Positions 30,621-34,249 of a stretch of 34,249 nt of DNA are shown piece after piece. Positions within the stretch are counted from its first letter, which is position 1; each line of letters starts with the position of its first letter. Origin of the DNA: a virus; IMG/VR virus record IMGVR_UViG_3300012954_000004, positions 1-34,249 of that record. One strand, written 5' to 3'. The notes under the pieces are model-generated. The model saw only the letters and a list, made by a program, of their open reading frames with translations, was not told the DNA's origin and searched no databases. A program made the position numbers and the translations under genes.

Positions 30621-31093
30621 TGGAATTTGATGATATTATAGAAAAAGTGTTACAACACGAAGGAGGATATGTCAATGACAAAGACGATCTTGGTGGAGAA
30701 ACTAACTATGGTATCACAAAACGCTTTTATCCACACTTAGATATTAAAAATCTCACAAGAGAACAAGCAAAAGAAATATACTACAAAGACTATTGGATTC
30801 CTTCCAAAGCGTCTAAACTTCCTACAGACTTAAGATACGCTTACTTTGATTGTGTAGTTAATACTGGACAATATCGTGCAGTAAAGATATTGCAACAAGC
30901 GTGTAATAATAAAAATACATTTGAAATAAAAGAGGACGGCAAGATTGGTGCTGCAACAATATCTGCTTGTAAAAAATTAGAGGCAGATAGATTTATTTCA
31001 TATAGAATTTTATTCTATTCTTTGCTAATTTCAGATAACCCTACGCAAGAAAAATTTTGGTATGGTTGGTATAAAAGAGCCAAAGGAGAATAA
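30620..31093 (+). CDS. Endolysin, glycoside hydrolase family 108 N-domain plus PG_binding_3-type C-domain
   Basis: VLQHEGGYVNDKDDLGGETNYGITKRFYP is the GH108 signature including the catalytic Glu. EDGKIGAATISAC is the peptidoglycan-binding repeat. Start set to ATG 30620, overlapping the holin stop. Confidence 0.85.
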   Translation: MEFDDIIEKVLQHEGGYVNDKDDLGGETNYGITKRFYPHLDIKNLTREQAKEIYYKDYWIPSKASKLPTDLRYAYFDCVVNTGQYRAVKILQQACNNKNTFEIKEDGKIGAATISACKKLEADRFISYRILFYSLLISDNPTQEKFWYGWYKRAKGE

Positions 31094-32074
31094 ATGCCTA
31101 CATATATTACATCGAGAGATTTAAAAGATGCTTTTCCTAATTTAGATGAATTTGATACAAAAAAACCTATATACAGCTGGGTTGTAGATTCAGGAACTAG
31201 GTATGTATCACACGATTCTGGATTAGTAACTGTATTGTTTGTAGACGGAAAAGATTTAGGTGCTGCACAATCTTCTTTATCTGATGTGAATGCAAACGAT
31301 GAATGGTTTTATGATAGTGCAACAGATGCAGTATATTATTACAACTCTAGCAGTAATCCTGATGACTTACTAATGGAAGCTGGAGAAGATTTTGCAACTT
31401 TAAAAACTAGAGTTATGAAAGACGCAAGTGATTATGTTGATTCTAAACTAGATTCTAACTTACCTAGAGAGCAGTTTTTATTAAAAGACGGAACATACGA
31501 CTATCTTATTAGAAGATTAACTTCGCTTATAGCAGCATTCTTTCTAGTAAAAGGAAAAGATCCAACAAGTGAAATAGCAGAAGCGTTGTTTGAAGAAGCA
31601 ACTATGCACATTGAAGATTTAAATGCAGGAAGAGCAAAACTTAGTTATATGAATACTGGAGATGCTTCTAAAGGAATTGTGAGAAAAATATCTGTTTCTG
31701 GAAGTCTTAATATTGTTGATACTAGAGGAAATTACTTTGGTAGCTACGACAGACTAAAAGTTCTTGTAACAACTGGTGGTGCAATGGGTACTGCTAAATA
31801 TTCTGTTTTCGCTAAAAATACAGATGGACTAAAAAACGATTTAGTTTTACAAGATGAAATTATAAATGGCGATTATCAAGAATTAGCAGGTGGTTTACAA
31901 GTAAGGTTTCAAGGATCAAGTGATTCCTCTACTGCAACACAGAATGATGAGTGGGAAGTAGAAGTTACTGGTATATACGAAGAAGTAGAAAACGCCTCTA
32001 TGCGTTCAGTCAAAATGACTCGTAAAGATTTTAAGCAATTCTATCGAGGTAAGAATGGCTCTCGTATCTACTAA
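31094..32074 (+). CDS. Head-tail connector/adaptor-like protein (Mu gp36/DUF1320-like core with insertions)
   Basis: MPTYITSRDLKDAFPNL at the N-terminus, and VMKDASDYVDSKLDSNLPRE...LIRRLTSLIAAFFLV, resemble the adaptor-family pattern (yat..Dl ... dAs..id.yL..ry.lPl ... iA.y.L). It has a large C-terminal extension and is the first gene after the lysis cassette. Confidence 0.35.
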   Translation: MPTYITSRDLKDAFPNLDEFDTKKPIYSWVVDSGTRYVSHDSGLVTVLFVDGKDLGAAQSSLSDVNANDEWFYDSATDAVYYYNSSSNPDDLLMEAGEDFATLKTRVMKDASDYVDSKLDSNLPREQFLLKDGTYDYLIRRLTSLIAAFFLVKGKDPTSEIAEALFEEATMHIEDLNAGRAKLSYMNTGDASKGIVRKISVSGSLNIVDTRGNYFGSYDRLKVLVTTGGAMGTAKYSVFAKNTDGLKNDLVLQDEIINGDYQELAGGLQVRFQGSSDSSTATQNDEWEVEVTGIYEEVENASMRSVKMTRKDFKQFYRGKNGSRIY

Positions 32075-32474
32075 TGCTTGGAAATCAGATATAGAAGAGT
32101 CTATCCAAAATGCTTTAAGAAGTGAATTTAAATCATCTCTTCCAATATTTCGTTCAAGAAATTTTAATCACAGAGGAAATCAGTTTGCTATAATTCAAGG
32201 AGATAACTCTACTCCGAACAACACAATGTTTACAAAACTATCAAGCACATACAATTTAAATGTTAATTTTTATATGATAGACAAAAAGAGAAACGATAAT
32301 ACTATAAAAAAGTTTTTTAAAATAGTTTCCAGATTAGAAGAAACATTGTATTCTTTAATGGAAATAAATCCCACATTTAAGATAGAAGTAAATTCCATAG
32401 ACTATCAAGATGATAATGATTTCAATGGTTACAGAAAAGCAGATTTTAAACTTTCGGTAAGGAGTGTAAGATAA
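32055..32474 (+). CDS. Neck / tail-completion protein, paralog A
   Basis: GAGG SD upstream. The N-terminus IQNALRSEFKSSLPIF parallels LRDKLRTEFKGALPIY in the next gene. Assignment is positional. Confidence 0.4.
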   Translation: MALVSTNAWKSDIEESIQNALRSEFKSSLPIFRSRNFNHRGNQFAIIQGDNSTPNNTMFTKLSSTYNLNVNFYMIDKKRNDNTIKKFFKIVSRLEETLYSLMEINPTFKIEVNSIDYQDDNDFNGYRKADFKLSVRSVR

Positions 32475-32983
32475 TGCCTGTATCATCAAATAATATTACC
32501 TATGATAAAATTATGACTCCATTAAGAGATAAACTACGAACAGAATTTAAAGGTGCATTACCAATTTATTTTGATACAAAACATCAAGATATTGGAACGA
32601 AGTCATTGCGTATATATCCTACATCTCAAGAATTACAAGAAAAACGAACAAATACATATATGAATCTATACAATATAGAAATGGATTATGTAATCAATAC
32701 TAAACTAGATAATGAAAAAGCACTAAATGTTATGTACAAAGATATAAGTAGAATAGAAACAGTTTTATTTAACAATTCTAATGGTGGAAACATACCATAT
32801 TTCTATGCTGCTATGCCCACTATAGAACACAATATTGATACAGGAATACAAGATTCTTATGTTTCAAGAATTTCAGTTCCAGTTCTATATGAAGAGGTAC
32901 ACGACAAGTTTGTGAGATTTGTTACCTCGAATGATAAATTCTTTGTACTTTCAGATGGATCTTTTTATATTGTAAGGAGTTAA
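32474..32983 (+). CDS. Neck / tail-completion protein, paralog B
   Basis: AAGGAG SD upstream and a TAATG overlap. It shares N-terminal and YNL/YNIE...Y.I(D/N) blocks with 32055..32474. Confidence 0.4.
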   Translation: MPVSSNNITYDKIMTPLRDKLRTEFKGALPIYFDTKHQDIGTKSLRIYPTSQELQEKRTNTYMNLYNIEMDYVINTKLDNEKALNVMYKDISRIETVLFNNSNGGNIPYFYAAMPTIEHNIDTGIQDSYVSRISVPVLYEEVHDKFVRFVTSNDKFFVLSDGSFYIVRS

Positions 32984-32985
32984 TT

Positions 32986-33165
32986 ATGGCTAAAAAATAT
33001 AAACTAAAAGACAAACTTATGCCTAGCAAACCTAGTTACTTAAAGCTAGATTATTCTGACTGGGTACAAATAAATGGTGGGAAATCTGTAGAATTAGAAA
33101 ATGTGCCAGAATTAGCAAAAGATTATTTAGAAGAAGTAAAATCAAAAGTTAAAGAGGTAAAATAA
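32986..33165 (+). CDS. Hypothetical 59-aa protein (not in ORF track)
   Basis: MAKKYKLKDKLMPSKPSYLKLDYSDWVQINGGKSVELENVPELAKDYLEEVKSKVKEVK-stop. AAGGAG SD lies 6 nt upstream. It exactly fills the gap before the tail tube gene. Confidence 0.5.
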   Translation: MAKKYKLKDKLMPSKPSYLKLDYSDWVQINGGKSVELENVPELAKDYLEEVKSKVKEVK

Positions 33166-33166
33166 A

Positions 33167-34210
33167 ATGGCAAATTTAAGTACAGCTTATTCTCCAAAAG
33201 AATTTGAGTTAGCTATTGCTCACGAAGGAGTAGTAGGAACAGCACAAGCTGGTGGATCTAACGACACAAATTATAAATTAATTAACATTGATTCAATCGA
33301 GATGCCTTCATTGAATCCACAACAAGTTTTAGATGTAAGACACGGAGCAGGTAGAACATTAAAAACAGTAGATATGTTTTTAAATAATAACCTAACCGTA
33401 AAAGAAATTAGTTTTTCAGGAATCGCAGATTCTACTATTTTACCTATGTTAGTTCAAAACATTACACAAGACGCAAGTGGTGCTTCTTCTATACCTGCAT
33501 CTTACAATCCTTCAGAATTAAAAAAAGGAGATACTTCATCAACGGCTAATATTGCAACTTTTAGTGTTTTACTTCGTTCTCCAGAAGCTAATAATTCTAT
33601 GTTGTTTAAAGGGTGTGTATTGACATCTTTGACATTAAACGGAGATATTAGTGAAGAGTCAGGAAGAATTAAAATGTCAGGAACTTTTAAAACTGGTATG
33701 AAGCCAATTTTTAGTAGCAACTTAAATCCAACTGCAAGAACTCACTTTAACTTAAATTACTTTACAACAGATTACGCAGATGACGCTTCTACTACAGATG
33801 CAGATATTGTAATTGCTGGTGTAACTTCCCCTATTCTTAAATCATTTAGCTGTACCATTGAAAACGATGTTCAGTTTATGGGTTTTGATCAGGACGGAGA
33901 TCATCAAATTATTGCAAGAGCATTACCTGAAGCATCAGTTACATTTGAATCAGTTGTAAAATACGATGCAGACACAGACGGTTTAGTTGCATCTTTTGAA
34001 CAGCAATCTACTGGAACTCTTGCAAACTCACTAACTGCAAAAACTAGTGCAAGTGGAGATGTTCCTAGAAATATAGATTTTTCAATACCAAAAGCAATTT
34101 TAACAGATGTATCTTTTTCTGAAGAAGAAGCTATGTTTTTGTCAATAAGTCAAAAAGCAGTAGCAGGTACTACTGGAGATTTAATTGCTATCACTATTGA
34201 AGCAGATTAA
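33167..34210 (+). CDS. Major tail (tube) protein
   Basis: 347 aa, immediately upstream (through the circular junction) of the chaperone pair and tape measure. AGAGG SD upstream. Composition is beta-rich. Assignment is positional. Confidence 0.6.
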   Translation: MANLSTAYSPKEFELAIAHEGVVGTAQAGGSNDTNYKLINIDSIEMPSLNPQQVLDVRHGAGRTLKTVDMFLNNNLTVKEISFSGIADSTILPMLVQNITQDASGASSIPASYNPSELKKGDTSSTANIATFSVLLRSPEANNSMLFKGCVLTSLTLNGDISEESGRIKMSGTFKTGMKPIFSSNLNPTARTHFNLNYFTTDYADDASTTDADIVIAGVTSPILKSFSCTIENDVQFMGFDQDGDHQIIARALPEASVTFESVVKYDADTDGLVASFEQQSTGTLANSLTAKTSASGDVPRNIDFSIPKAILTDVSFSEEEAMFLSISQKAVAGTTGDLIAITIEAD

Positions 34211-34249
34211 ACAAATAAAGGATAAACAATGTCTAAAAAAATAACACTC
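34127..34249. repeat. Terminal direct repeat, copy 2 (identical to 1..123)
   Basis: Exact 123-nt match to the window start. Confidence 0.95.
34229..34249 (+). CDS. Partial CDS: duplicated first 7 codons of the tail assembly chaperone gene (same as 103..123)
   Basis: ATGTCTAAAAAAATAACACTC encodes MSKKITL, identical to 103-123. Confidence 0.85.

Noticed and set aside
28736-33720. Track ORFs 28736-28936, 29428-29649, 29741-30004, 30373-30681 and 33502-33720 on the minus strand
   Set aside because: They are shadows of rightward late genes. They would break an otherwise uninterrupted, start-coupled rightward operon.

Overview
This window is a complete, visibly AT-rich tailed-phage genome with a siphovirus-type gene set, not a chromosomal segment. 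Bases 1-123 recur exactly at 34127-34249, so the unit length is 34,126 bp (circular assembly overlap or terminal redundancy).

There are three transcription blocks:
1. A rightward virion/lysis block runs 15545->34210 and continues through the repeat into 103->5753. In order it encodes small basic proteins, a TerS-like protein, scaffold, major capsid, three fibre-like proteins (one of 1399 aa with an S74 chaperone), a Hint-domain protein, more basic proteins, a thioredoxin-like protein, holin, GH108 endolysin, neck proteins, tail tube, G/GT chaperones, tape measure and tail tip.
2. An inverted packaging module lies on the minus strand inside that block (17270-20654): TerL, portal, a Mu gpG-like morphogenesis protein.
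3. A leftward early block runs 15139->5858. It encodes a GP88-like Cys-cluster protein, many small unknowns, a Cro/YdaS-like HTH, a Rad52-like annealase candidate, a replisome-organizer-like protein, a PD-(D/E)xK resolvase-like nuclease, a Zn-ribbon-metallophosphoesterase, a wHTH protein, a mini SSB-like protein and a Dam-family methyltransferase.

I see no integrase, repressor, DNA polymerase, primase, helicase, prohead protease, tRNA or CRISPR. Genes are tightly packed, with many ATGA/TAATG stop-start overlaps and clear AGGAG-type SD sites. I added several sub-60-aa ORFs that the ORF track misses.

The most unusual items are:
- a Hint (Hedgehog/intein-type) autoprocessing domain at the very C-terminus of a fibre-like protein
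- chains of hyper-basic micro-proteins next to the packaging genes and in the late block
- a 69-aa protein ending in an SSB-type EELPF tip
- a signal-peptide thioredoxin fold without CxxC
- a Zn-ribbon-phosphoesterase fusion
- a repeat-dense 405-bp divergent control region

A Gram-negative, SD-using, low-GC (possibly marine alphaproteobacterial) host is inference only.
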